DNA from: Obrimoposthia wandeli
Lineage: Eukaryota
NCBI GenBank assembly: GCA_977020255.1
Contig: CDROCS010003826.1
Coordinates: 1-64,000, forward strand
Direction of reading: 5' to 3'
Length of the DNA: 64,000 bases
Part shown: piece after piece, positions 9,920 to 23,769 of the stretch
How the letters are laid out: every line of letters begins with the position of its first letter
Numbering within the stretch: position 1 is the stretch's first letter
The notes under the pieces: model-generated
The model's input: the letters and a program-made list of their open reading frames with translations, nothing else
The model's database searches: none
What the model was told of the DNA's origin: nothing
Program-made: the position numbers and the translations under genes

Positions 9920-12900
9920 TTAATTTAAAAAAAAACACGCTCTCATTGAACATGTATTATTAGATGCATGTAAACTGTAGCATTTAGAGCGTAGGAAAAT
10001 ACAATCATCATACGAAACCTGTCCCTCGCTTTCATCCTTAAATTTCCCGATAATATCCTTTAAACTCATAGAATGTAGAGGATGGTTAGCGAGATATTTA
10101 TGGGTATCTAATAAGTTGTCCCTAAACATTACCGGTAATAATTGATTATCTAAACTAACATTCCTACATTTTAAAAAGAAAGAGTCAGTGTCTCCGGCTG
10201 TGATTTTGATCTCACTATTGAATTCTCGTCGATATTTCTCTAATTCTATGTATTGAAGCTCGTACATTCTGAGTTTAGAAATGTCTAAAACCATTTGACC
10301 TATATAACTCGGTCGATCAAGACAAATACTCTGTTTTCCTAATAACACTGCTACCAAGTCATATGCAATAGTAAAACCACGCTTGAAATTGTTCTTGCTA
10401 GTATATGTTATTAGTTTACGCTCATCATTGCAAAACCGTAGACAAATACGTTTCTGCAAGTCCTCTACAGTTTTTCCAAAGAGGCTATTACTTTTTAACT
10501 TGTAAAAATCCCGATCGAATTTGCTAGTGGCCAAATTACGTTTTCTAGAATTCTTCTCAATATAGTCTTTAAACACAAAGTTTTGACTGAAGCTTATAGC
10601 ACGATGAATTCGAGTAACTTTCGCTCCCAACTTTAAGTAGAATTGAAGAACCCGAAAATGCACAACATAATTCAACTTGTCTTCATGGGTTAACAATAAT
10701 TTCTTAACCTTTGAATTAGGTGGGTATTGATGAACAAGTGCTACTGGGAGATCATCTAATTTATCATGCACATTGGAAGGGATTGTTAAGTCAACCTCAA
10801 CCAAATAGCCGATGTCTGATGAAACTGTATCAACAGTAGCCAAATCTGTCATCAACTTATTCAACTCTTCCTCATCATAAACCCACTTAAAGTTGGCATG
10901 AGGTAAAGATTGAGTAAGCGCCCACCCATACAAATTATTAATGTCGATGTACAGAATCTCCGTGGATTGATTTTTGACAACATGATGTTTGTTGACAAAA
11001 GTCATTCCACCGCGTATACCATAATCATACATTTGATACATCGCAGGATCGTGCAGTAACTCGATATTAATATTAAGAGTTTTTATTGTTGTTGCCTATG
11101 AAAGACCAGGTAAACTAAAGAAATGCATGGGATCCAGCCCATCTTCTGCTAAAGATTGTACACGAAAGGACTCAAACACATCAGCTAAAAGATAAATGTA
11201 TAACTTCATATAATAAAGCATATAATCTAGAAGATTTCGACAATAATTATCCTAAAATGTATGGGCCTAATTATAGTCTTGAAGACTTACACCCTCAAAT
11301 TCAGTTATGGGTGGGATTTTTGTGGTATTTTCTAAATCTGCGAAGGTTTTCGCAAATTTATACGGAACAAATCCCCTTATCATAAACCGAAGCTGGAAAC
11401 ACTGACTGTGTAATTGGCCATGCATTAAAATATGCCGTTAAATATTTTAGAGACCCACTCAAAATCTGCAGAGAATATATAAATCTTAAACTGCAGAATT
11501 CAGTATATACAGTTAAAGATAAATATTTTTCTGAAGTTTGAGGTATACATGAAATTTCCCAAGAGCTTAATGTACCCAACGTGTATTTAAGTATATGATG
11601 CAAATCATATCATTTGAGAATATGAAACACGATGGGAATGCGTGATTTTTTAGGGAGACGACGGCCAAGGTTACAGAGGTTGCACGCCGCTCCCAAGTAT
11701 CGCCCCGTAACATGATCGTGATCTCTGACTAACTTAAACTGGGTACCACACAAATAACATAATCTACAAGAATTAAAATTAACCCAGTCTATGCCTATCA
11801 TGATCATTGCTTGATGAGCATTAAGATCATACCACGGTTTGACAATTGTATTTCTTAAATCTTCTAATTTTAACATAAAATCTTAAATACAATTTGGACC
11901 AGAACATTTATAATACTGTGTAATATTGGGGCCTAATAATAGTAGTCCTGTCGAAGCCGGTAGGTGAATACTCTCATACTGGTCGTGCAATGCTAGAATT
12001 GACTCAAAATCAGCATATACCCTGAATTCCACGGGTATGCATTTTTCCCAATCCCCGAATTTTAAATCCCTATCCTGCTATATAGCGTATTGTCATCAGG
12101 ATTCAGTGTACATAATATCATATGTTAGCTGTAAGAGAGCTCGGATCGGAATCCATGCAAACATCTGTGACACCACTTACACCTTATCTTAGCCGGTAAG
12201 GCTCCATTATCTAAATTTAGAAGACGATCTAAACTTGGAATTGCTGCATAATGAAATTTTTTATTTGGTTCGAGCAAAATTAAGTTGACCTGAGTCTCCT
12301 CAATTTTGCTCCTATAAATTACATCTACAAAAGGATTTTTAAAAATTTCTTTATCTGTTACATTAACTGGGATATCAGTATTATATTTGAATACATTAAT
12401 ACTCAAGTTATTAAGGTGTTCAAATCTTGATATCGCAGTTAATTTAACAGGGAAATCTATTCGATGATACTGCAATTCATTTAAAAAAGGGGTATATTTA
12501 CTGACACGCTCTCTATGCTCAGTAATTACATCCCTTTTGAGGATGGCCAACACACTATACAGAAAGCAAAGGTTATCACTGTTTTGTATGTTAACAATGG
12601 AACGTGAAAGTTGAAGAGATCTAGGTGAAGGAATGTATGAACTCCTCAAAAGATATATCATGTCAGTAAACTTTGTTAGAACAAAGCTAACATCGTGAAT
12701 TCTAACTAGAGTCCATCCACTACTTAACTCGCTTTAATTAGCAATTTTTCATCTAGGTTTCTTCCAATTTCAGTTACAAAATTATCATAGAAAACAGTTG
12801 CTTTATGTGAAATTACCCACGTTTTAGACTCCTCATTGACATTTTTTAACTGCACTGTTGCAAAAAATTAAACCTTAGCCAGTCCTAATTTAGTCACTTT

Positions 12901-14110
12901 TGATTTTAAAAGACTTTCCATATTTAAATTTACACCTACGTATAATAAAATTTCCTTTCCTAATGGCACCTTAACTATAACATATTTATTATTTAGGTGA
13001 TACTCTTTAGTAGTACTGTTTTTCCTACGTTTTGTGGTGGGACCTTATTAAGAAATTGGCCTCGCCTCTTTCTTTCTACAGTCGCTGACAAACCTCCCCT
13101 TATTGAATGGGAAGACAACTATTTATATTAACAGTTGATGCTGGTACTGCTGATGTTGAGGCAATTGCAACTGATGGCACAGTGGCACTTGTAGATGCTG
13201 CATTTGCGGTTGGAGTAGATGAGGTAGTAGCTAACATTGCCGACTAAGAAGCAGCTGTTGTAGAGATTGATGGTGCATCTGCTGAAATAAATATATTAAA
13301 CAATATATATATATTTTAAAGTATTACCTCTAAGTCGTGCAAACATCGATGTAGGCACTCGCGATGGGGGAGGCATAGATGTCGTAGCGGATGACGGCTG
13401 TATCAAGATATTTCATGAATAAAAAATAAAATATATAAAATTACAATTTTAAAAATAGTCAGAAAATAGTAATAAAAAAAAAACCTAATGAAGGCAATCC
13501 CACTGTAGCTGTTTGAAAGTCCTCTTCATTGACGGAATCCATTCAGCTTTCGTCCGTTAAATCGATGAAATCGGATTCCTCGATGGTCTCCAACCATCCG
13601 TTGTCGATCCATTGAGGCTGCTCCATCTCGAAATCTGACTGGGTGATATTTTCCATCCAGCCATTGTTCGAGAATTGGGTTGCTGGCGCCAACTCCTCAA
13701 AATCTTCTTGGGAGATGTCGTTCATCCACTCATTGTTAGTCATTTGAGTGGATGAGACATCTGCAGAATCAGGAGACGGGAGAGAAGGACCAATGCAGGA
13801 CCATAAACTGGTAGACTGACTGCCACTGTAATTGGAGCAGGAGCGACCTGCGAATCGCGCACCAATTGGACGATAGCCCTCTTCTTGTTGTTGGCCGTGA
13901 AACAGGACAGGTGATCTCGATGTTCACCGAAGAAGTCTCGAAACTCCTTCTCCTCCATAGTTCTGCAGAAGGGCAGACGAAGAATACTTATACTTTTTGC
14001 CATCCATTTCATCTAAAACATAAAAAAATCCATTTTAAATATCAAATTATATTTAATTGTATCGAAAATACATATTTCACAAAAAGCTTTATGTCCTTCT
14101 TTCTATTTTA
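9920..14110 (-). pseudogene. Protein-primed DNA polymerase B (pPolB) of Maverick A, with intron-containing N-terminal extension
   Basis: GIRGGMTFV, YIDINNLYG, KLKSNSLFGK, AGDTDSF, KFKDE motifs (9920-11041). RDHDHVTG..ACNLCN zinc/endonuclease-VII-like motif (11610-11876). YIPSP..NIQNSDNLCFLYSV..HY segment (12125-12661). Confidence 0.95.
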
Positions 14111-15144
14111 ATAAATACAAATAATTAGTTAGATATAAATTTGTAAATTTTTTCTTATAATCTAAACTCCTAAACGGGTTATCTACATGAAATAGGAAAT
14201 GCACAGGATGAAAAACGTCGCATATATTCATAATACATAGTTTTTTATAATATAATCTTCATTTTTGTTAATGAAAGCCTCAAAATTTATGACATATTCT
14301 TGCATAATTACCCAAATATGTAGCAAATCCCTTTGTTTATAACGAATAAAAAAACCAATTATCAAAAATTTATTAAAATAACAAAGTACTATGATTGTGC
14401 ACGTCCATGGAATCAGTGTTTGATTTATCGATTTGCTGCATTTCCTAAATAGCTCTCTTGATAAACTCGTAATTTACCTGGATGTTATTCCACTTGCGCA
14501 TTCTGTCTTCTCATCGCAACTCGTCTCCTGGTAAGGCATATTCCTGTATGATATGGCCACTTCAGAGACTGCTCTCCAGTCAATCGCAAGTCTCCCGCCT
14601 AAATGGAGTGAAGCTAATGAAGATGAACAAGCACTGGAGGTTTGGGACGAGGACTGCTGTACTTATCTTTGGAATTACATGATCCTGTACCTGAAGATCA
14701 ACGTATACATCCTTTCCTATGTTTTTCCAACATTCCAAAAGAAGGCCATCGCCGAAGATTCACTGGTAAATTTTATTAGTGAATTCAAATTTTAGTAATC
14801 ATTTTCAGTAATCGATTTTCTGTAATATTCTGTAAAACAAATTTAAATCTTTAATCTATTTTTTTCCCAGGATTATCATTCGCGAGCGCTCTCAAGTCTC
14901 TGCTTCCTTCTACTTCATCGCTGCATGAGATCATAGTGAAACTAGTTCAAGATCCAGAGATGTACTCCCTGTTTCGCGAAGGGATCAGAGGAGGAATGAA
15001 AATTTGTCAATAAGCACAAGGTTGATGCAGTGAATGGTTGTGAGCTTTTGTACATTTATGTGAAGAATTTTTATGGGTCGGCCATGTCCCAATATTTACC
15101 TTGTGGTGATTTTAAGTGAGTAACTGACCAGTTAGAGTTATAGG

Positions 15145-15964
15145 CAGTGGTGGGATTCAAACTGTTTAGCAACCGGTTCGCTCATTTACCGGTTGATGTG
15201 GAATTAAATCAATTTTTCCGTGTGTGGTTAATAATAAACAAGTTCAATTAATCATTTTATTTACCATCATATTCCAAATATTTCCAGATTGATAATTCAT
15301 TAGAATTATAAGAACTATTAGATGAATGCTTCACTCTTTTATCATCAGCTGTGTGGTGTTTTCTTAGCCACGTTTTAACAGAATCCATAGAATCCCATAA
15401 ATTAAGAGGAAGACCAATTAACTTTATTACCATAAGATTTGCGACATTTTGAACTTCAAGACGATTCCTTTTATCGCTATATATCACTTTCATAACTGAA
15501 AATCCGCGTTCCGCTTCAGCAGAACTCAAAGCAATTGTATTAATAATATTTTTTGCTTTTTGTATTGTAGAAGGAACATCTTGATTGGGACGGTTTTCTA
15601 TAACATTTTCTACATAGTCACGGAAATCGTTAACGCATATTTTATGGTGAAACTGCTTATAGAATCCGGCTCGGATCTGATTTTTTTATGTTTAAATATT
15701 AATATATTGTAGTTAAATGTTTGCTGAATTTTAATAATAGTTTCGAAATTTTGACTTTCCCATTAATATTAATATAAGAATAAATAAGAATAAATAATGC
15801 GTTCAATCAACGAATTAAAAAATTATATCTTTTTTATCCAGATGATTATGTACGTTTCAGTCGAAGAAGGTAGTCCAGAAACCGGTTCAGGCGGTTCTGC
15901 GAACTTTTATATTTTTAGGAACCGGTTCGCGCGAACCGGTGCGAACCCTTGAATCCCACCACTG
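15145..15964 (-). mobile_element. Non-autonomous hAT deletion derivative (ZNF862/KIAA1586-like transposase C-terminus), 820 bp
   Basis: TIR CAGTGGTGGGATTCAA at both ends. 8-bp TSD GTTATAGG at 15137-15144 and 15965-15972. ORF 15257-15529 has SSAEAERGFS. Confidence 0.93.
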
Positions 15965-18354
15965 GTTATAGGTTAAAATTTTTGAGCTCTCATTTAAGGA
16001 TTTAAGTTGTAGTAACTTTGGTCCTTGGATGGAGGTGGACTTATCTATTCCTAAAGAGTTGCATAATAAACTAGACGATATCCCTTAACCCCGCAAAAGG
16101 AATCCACTATTGGTAGTAAACAACCAAAACTACTTCTGACTCATTACCCTAGCATTATATTTTGCATTTCAGATTGCATCAATTGTACATAAGACTTGGT
16201 ACGAAAGTAGATTATGTACATAGAGCAATACGGTTTGCATAAACTAATGTTTTTGCAAAGTATAATGAGGATAATTAATGAGGAAATTATTAATGAGGAA
16301 TTATTATTGAGAAAAATTATTTCGAGCGGTAATATTATAAATTGAAGTTTAATTCTCTATTTGGTAAGTTAATCAAGAAAGTAGGTACTTTGATGGAGTC
16401 TAGACCACTGGAGGGGTGAGGGGGTCTCCCCTTGTGTGCGCACACCAAGTTAAAGGGTATCACACCATACGGATGTCACACCATAAGGGTGTCACACCAT
16501 AAGAGTATATGTTGCCTCACCATAGGGTGTCTTGCTACACCATAAAGGGTATGGCTCAGAAAGGTTATGAAGGTTTGAAGGTATGCTCGTGACCGTCTAT
16601 GGTCGGCCAACATACCCAAGGGGTTGTGGTCGTTCATAAATCAAAGGGTCGGGCTAAAGACAAAATCAAGTTTTAAATATCAAGGTTTTAGTACATGGTT
16701 GGAATCATCTTTAGAAGACAAATTCATACATATAGGTATGGTCGTCCATAGATGAAGGGAATAAAAATTGGAATTTCGTAGTTTCAAGTACATGGTTGTA
16801 TTTGTCAACATATTACGAGTGTAATCATGTAAAATTTTTATGGTTAAGGGTCAGATTTGGAACAAACATAATAATTTTATTAGATGGTTGTATTTATCTA
16901 TGAAAATTGAGTTCAAATATACCCTTAAGGTCCATGCATACTTTAAAAAGTCGTTGTGAAAAAAAATAAAATTCCTTGTAATTTTAAAAAATAATATATA
17001 TTTTTAAATTTAAATTTGTGACAACTTTTTATGGTTTCTATTGATTTAAATAAACAAATTTTACTTTAACGGGTTTTTTAAAATATTAAAGTAACATTAT
17101 TTAAAATAACTATTAAGGAAAATGTTAATAAACTCAAATTACTTTACTAACAGTATTATTATTATTATTATTTTTTCAAAAATATTTAAATTTACGCAAA
17201 TTTTTATCCATTTTATTAATGAAATAACAATTCCTGGTGGAAAAAATAAAAAATACTTGTAATTTTGTTTTCTTCAAAATAATAATTTAAATTTAAATTT
17301 GAGCTAATTTAATTTGTTAGATATTAATAAAGTTAAACAAATTTTAATTTAACAAGTTTTTAAATAAAATATAAAAGTACCAACACATCTATCAATCAAT
17401 TATTCTTTGTGAAAGTTAACTCTTACCAATTAATGAATGTATTACGTATTAATACACACACTATTCTATATGAAAATTTAGATCCAAGTTTTTCCCAGGC
17501 TTATGCATCTAAAGAATTATGGTAAAATTTCTTTAAATAACTTAAATTATATGTAATGCATACTTTAAGGGATCCTAGTAAAAAATAAAAATACTTTAAA
17601 ATTTAAATTTGTGCCAAATTTTTTATTGTTTTTTTGATTTAATTAAACAAATTTGATTTTAAACATAATGTTAATTATAAAATAATTAATAATTTGATAA
17701 ATATTCATCTTACTGACGATGAAAGAACTTTTACTATTTGAAAGAATACATTTAATAGTACTTTATATTTGAAATTTATATTATATGCAGTGGGCGGAAT
17801 ACAGCTACTAACTTTATAATTAAAATATTTTTATAGTTTAAAAATAAAAGCACTTGATAAAATGCCACAATAATGTGGTAAAGAAATATTATTTACATAT
17901 AAAATGAATTTTTGAAGAAATAATTGAATATTCATATTATATTAATAAAACAATGGCAAAAAAATATCAAGTAATTAAAAAATAAAATTGTTTGTTGAGT
18001 TAATTTACCAAATTTGTATATAAATATATTTTCGAATAGTTAAAAAGAGAAACGAATAATGATAATTTCAATTATATTTACGAATATAATTTTAAAATCA
18101 AGTTATTTAAAAATAAAGAATTTAAATTTCTCTAATTATTTTAAAATATTTCAATTAAGGAATGTTATCAAACGAGATAAGACATTTTAATTATTTAATT
18201 GCATGAGTGTGTATGAAAGGTTAACTTTAACATGGAGGTAAACTATGTGAAAATATGAAAGTTCACATCTTAATTATTATCACTTCATCAGGTTGTTACA
18301 TCATCTTCATTGATTGATAGTATTAATTTAATAATTAGCTAGTACTCACTTGCA

Positions 18355-19260
18355 GTTTAAGATTCACTTGCAAAGATTCTTACTTGTATTTGCATTCATA
18401 TTTGCATTCATTTACATCCATACTTGCATTCACTTGCATTCATTCTAACTCTCATATATTCAAACTAGCATTCAAATTCATTAATATATTTACTAATTTT
18501 CATTCATAATTGAGCTTCGTACTTGCAATCGTATTCTTTCTTACTTGTACTTGTAGCTGCATTCAATCATACTTGCATTCATTTACATTCAATCTAACTG
18601 TAATTTATTTAAACTATCATTCAATTACATTCAAATACATTAATATTTTACTAATTTTCATTCATACCTTCAAACTTAGTGTTGTTTTCTATTAATCTTA
18701 CTGTAACTTAGTCGTTCTAACTTTTAACATACTTCAGTATCACTGATTCTTATAGTTGCTTATTTGTTATTAATCTAACTGTAACTTAACATAACTTTAT
18801 TCATACGAAAACTCTATTTTAATTTACTTATAATTTAAATTACACTCGCATTCAATCAAACTATCGACACTCTTATTATTTTTTTTACAGTTACATTCAC
18901 TTGCTAAGACTCTTGCTTGTATTTGCATTCATACTTGCATTCATTTACAATCATTCTAAGTATCATTCAAATACATTAATATTTTACTAATTTTCACTCA
19001 TATCGTCAAACATAGTATTGTTTTCTATTAATCTTGCTGTAACTTAGTCATTTTAACTTTTAACATAACTCAGTATCACTGCATTTTATAGTTGCTTACG
19101 AAAACTCTATTTTAATTTACTTATAGTCTAAATAACACTTTCATTAAATCATACTCTCGACAATCTTATTTTTCAATTACATTCACTTGCTAAGACTCTT
19201 ACTTGTATTGACATTCATACTAGCATTCACTTGTATTCATACTTGTATTAATTCATACAA
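18355..19260. repeat. Imperfect direct repeats rich in CTTGCATTCA inside the foldback element
   Basis: ATTCACTTGC(A/T)AAGA(T/C)TCTT block recurs near 18362, 18895 and 19180 with shared downstream sequence. Confidence 0.75.
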
Positions 19261-19855
19261 TCGATAATTAATTTTATATGTTTTTTACAAGACATTTTAA
19301 TTATTTTAGAAAGTCGAATAATAAATAGAAATACTAAGTTGATAATCGAATATATACATAATTTGATTTATTTACATATAAAACAATATTATTAAAGATT
19401 TGATATTCGAATTTATAGACGAAGCTTTCAGTAGCTTTGAATAACATGTGTTTTCAAATGAATTTTCAATATTCGATACAAATTTTAAAAAATGAAGTTA
19501 TTTTTTAATGTGTTAAAGATATTTTCGAATATTTATAGTGTAAATCGAATAATGTTAATACTCAAATTATATAAATAAACATTTCTTTGACCAAGTTCTT
19601 TAAAATAAAGAATTCAAATTTATCAGTTTAAATAAAAATCAATTAAGGAATGTTATAAGATAAGGAATTTTAAATTATTTATCTGTGTGTGAATTGATCA
19701 TTATAACATGTGAAAGTTATGTGAGAGATAACACACACATGAAAATTTACATATTAATTAATATAATATGAACATATTATTAATGTTATTCATTGGTTGC
19801 TAGTATTAATTTGAAAATTACAAATTAATAATAGCAAATGATTTCTCTTTATATA

Positions 19856-19860
<5 letters not shown>

Positions 19861-19904
<44 letters not shown>
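19861..19904. repeat. (AT)n microsatellite
   Basis: Uninterrupted AT dinucleotide run. Confidence 0.95.
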
Positions 19905-19907
<3 letters not shown>

Positions 19908-22900
19908 TTTGCTTTATAATTCTTATATTTTTAATATATTCATCATTATTTTAGGCATAAATTACAATCATAAAATAATGCAATTTTAAAATTAATATAT
20001 ATTTAAGATATTTAACTTAGAGTTATAATAATAAATAGGTTTGTATATACATTTGTTTAAATACATCAAAAGTGACAATATAAAATATCGCAGGAATTTA
20101 AAAATATGCTAGAATTTATCATTTTACAGACTTTTATCAAAATTTAAGTTATTAAAATCTAAAGGGGGTGTATAAAGTGTTTAAAGCATAAATTGTAACA
20201 ACAACAAAAGTTCAAGTGAGTTAATATCTTGAATTATTCTATCATTTTAAAATTTGTATTTTAGTAGTTATTAGTTGAACTTGAAGTATTGTTTTTTAAA
20301 TAAATTATTTATATTTAAAAAATATCAAATAGTACTTCTTAATATGAATTTCTTTGCGTTTGAAACTATTTTAGTCATTATTTTAATACAATAATTATAA
20401 ACAAGAAAAACGTGCAATTTTTAAATTTTAATATAATAAATTTGTATTTATTTTCTAAAGTTACAGTCAGATTATAGAATAATGATAATAGGCTGTCGGA
20501 CATACATCAATGGATTCGATAAATAACTTGTGGTAAGATGAATATTTATCAAATTAATAATTATTTTATAATTAACATTATGTTTAAAATCAAATTTGTT
20601 TAATTAAATCAAAGAAACAATAAAATATTTGGCACAAATTTAAATTGTAAAGTATTTTTATTTTTTACTAGGATCCCTTAAAGTATGCATTACATATAAT
20701 TTAAGTTATTTAAAGAAATTTTACCATAATTCTTTAGATGCATAAGCCTGGGAAAAACTTAGATCTAAATTTTCACATAGAATAGTGTGTATTTTAATAC
20801 GTAATACATTCATTAATTGATAAGAGTTAACTTTCACATAGAATAATTGATTGATAGATGTGTTGGTACTTTTATATTTTGTTTAAGGAATTGTTTAATT
20901 ACATTAATAAAATGGATAAAAATTTGCGTAAATTTAAATATTTATGAAAAAATAATAATAATAATACTGTTAGTAAAGTAATTTGAGTTTATTAACATTT
21001 TCCTTAATATTTATTTTTAATAATGTTACTTTAATATTTTAAAAAACCCGTTAAATTAAAATTTGTTTAGTTAAATCAATAGAAACCATAAATATATTAT
21101 TTTTTAAAATTACAAGGAATTTTATTTTTTTTTCACAATGACCTCTTAAAGTATGTATTTTAAAGTAAGGGTATATTTGAACTCAATATTCATAGACAAA
21201 TACAACCATGTAATAAAATTATCATGTTTGTTCTAAATCTGACCCTTAACTTGTGGACGACCATAAAAAATTTACATGATTACACTCGTAATATGTTGAC
21301 AAATACAACCATGTACTTGAAACTATGAAATTTCAAATTTTTTTACCCTTCATCTATGGACGACCATACCTATATGTATGAATTTGTCTTCTAAAGATGA
21401 TTACAACCATGTATTCAAACCTTGACATTTAAAACTGGATTTTGTCTTTAGCCCGACCCTTTGATGTATGGACAACCATACTTTATGGGTGAATTCACCT
21501 TCTAAAGATGATTCCAACCATGTACTAAAACCTTGATATTTAAAACTTAATTTTGTTTTTAGCCCGACCCTTGATTTATGGACGTCCATGACCCTTTAGA
21601 TGTGATGGCCAACCATAGTTGACCTCAATTATACCTTCAAACATTCAAGTCAAAACTGACCACGACCCTTTCATCTATGGTCGGTCACAACCCTTTAGAT
21701 GTGTTGGTCAACTATAGATGGTCATGGTCATACCTTCAAACCTTCAAGTCCAATCTGAGTTCGACCCTTTCACCTATGGACGACCACAACCCCTTGGGTA
21801 TGTTGGCCGACCATAGATGGTCATGACCATACCTTTAAACCTTCAAGTCAAAACTGATCCCGACCCTTTGATTTATGGACGACCACAACCCCTTGGGTAT
21901 GTTGGCCGACCATAGACGGTCACGAGCATATCTTCAAACCTTCATAACCTTTCTGAGCCAGACCCTTTATGGTGTGGCAAGACACCCCTATGGTGAGGCA
22001 ACATATACCCTTATGGTGTGACATCCCTATGGTGTGACACCCTTTAACTTGGTGTGCGCTCACAAGGGGGGACCCCCCAGTTGTCTAGACTCCATCAAAG
22101 TACTTACTCAAGAATTTAATGAAGATAATTAACCTCCGTATTTGTAATACGCCACAAAAGCTTGTTACCTAGTGTAGTAAGGCCCAATTCCGTAGGACGA
22201 TGGAAATCGACACTAACGTAATAGCTATTTTACTAAATATGCAAACTTTCGTTTTAGATCGTCCTAGTTATATTGGTCAGGCAGTTCGGGATTAAGGTAA
22301 TTTAAGGATGTATGAGCTTCAATATGTTCAATTAGAGAATTATAGATGTCAGTTTAATTGTGACATTCAAATAATTGCTGGTTAAACTGATAGCTTTTTT
22401 CTAAAGTGTGATAATGTAGATGTGCAAGCTACACTGCTGTCAGCAATGATTTCGGATGAGTTATTTGACATATCGAAATTCCCTATAAACCATCCTTTAT
22501 TTACTTTAGTCAATACTGCAATAGGAAAGTTTAAGAATGAGAGAAAGCGTGTCTGTAGATATAAGCAATGGGTATTTTATAAACCAAATCATAAAGCTTA
22601 GAAACTATAGAAGGAAAGTCCCAGATGAGAGTAAAAGAAATTAGCCTTAAGCAGACTGCGCTACACCATACAAATTATGTAGCTGCATATAAGAGTTAGT
22701 TAACAAGTGCTACAACAACGCATTAATTAAATAAATCACCACCTATATACCGTTAATATGAGTAAAATCGCATTGAGTAGCAACGACGATAACAGAAAAT
22801 GGGTAGAGAAAAACCGGTCAGTTGCCTACACACAGCACTGATATCTTAAAGTTTTTTTACTTGAATGATTGTTTTTGTATGTTTAAATTTATGTCACAAA

Positions 22901-23769
22901 TTTATTGCACCTATTTTTTTCTCTTTGGTTTAAAAAATATTTGATTCCAATTTGTCTGTCTTTTTGATGAGTCTTTTCCGTAATATTTCTAAGTCAACAT
23001 TTATAAAACATTTCTTGTAGTGAAAATATTTTTAAATATCTAAAGTAAAATATTTATAAAAATGTTTCTTTGTTTAAAAATATTTCGAAAAAAAAAATCT
23101 AACAAAGAAACGTTCTTTAGGTGTCATAAAAATTAGGAGTTCGCAATTTGTATAAAAATTATGAATTGAATTCTACATATAAAAGTAATTTCATTATCTG
23201 CTAGTTTTCAGTATAAAAAAAGTTATCGAAAGAAATATTTATGTGATAAATGTATAAATGTGTTTAAATATATTAAATTATAGAAATACTAAGGTGATTA
23301 TATGAATAAATACCAAATAAAAATTATTTTAATGAAATATTAAATTGTTATTGGTTTAAAATAAAACATTACCAAATTCCTATTGGATTTTAAAATTCGC
23401 AACACTATTTCAACTAGTGCGCTTAAATTTTTGGATTTAAATTATTTCAATTAAACCAAATCATAAAATTTATTTTAGAAAAATTTAATACATATAACTT
23501 TTTTATTATAAATAAATAGCAGCTAAAACTACATTTTTAATATTGCAATGTATTATGTTCATCATATACTAAAATTTCACTGAATTCTTTTTATGACCGT
23601 GCGAAACGTTTCCTTGTAAGGTAAAAAATTTCTTTGTAAAATTTTATTTCTTATGTCTAAAAAAAAATGTAAAAATTTCTACATAAAATTTTAATATTTG
23701 AAATTCTTTAAAAATGTATATTTATTTTTTTAATTCACTCGAAAAATTGAATATTAAAACAAAATCATA

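Larger units (their letters stand above)
1..14150. mobile_element. Maverick/Polinton endogenous virus copy A (decayed; left terminus lies upstream of the window)
   Basis: Plus-strand run of integrase, minor capsid, core protein, major capsid and adenoviral-type protease converges on a minus-strand protein-primed PolB. Most genes have stops or frameshifts. Bases 4-32 match 59535-59563 of a second copy that retains a terminus. Confidence 0.93.
16379..22109. mobile_element. Foldback-type non-autonomous DNA transposon, Sola2-like
   Basis: Arms 16379-~17712 and ~20533-22109 are inverted copies. 4-bp TSD AAGA. Right end ..TACTC; left end reads AAG instead of GAG. Removing it restores the pPolB frame. 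No transposase. The Sola2 assignment is less certain than the element itself. Confidence 0.8.
14400..22845 (+). pseudogene. Second-family Maverick pPolB, 5'-truncated and interrupted by two transposons
   Basis: Exonuclease FLNSSLDKL..KGIF (14430-14760), GIRGGM and MSQYLPCGDF (14980-15120), KLLLTH..HYILHFR (16130-16250), NSLFGKLIK/NLMKIINLRIC across the foldback insertion, C-terminus to 22845. Closer to 62906-63878 than to pPolB A. Confidence 0.88.

Noticed and set aside
14781-14870. ~85-bp AT-rich interruption in the second pPolB as an intron
   Set aside because: Available GT/AG pairs break the frame or delete the conserved SLPG residues; more likely an insertion.
16255-16325. TAATGAGGAAATTAT-like short tandem expansion
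   Set aside because: Local slippage in a dead pPolB; no independent function evident.
21401-21589. ORF with repeated RVGLKTK.SFK.QG peptide
   Set aside because: Translation of subrepeats in the foldback arm.
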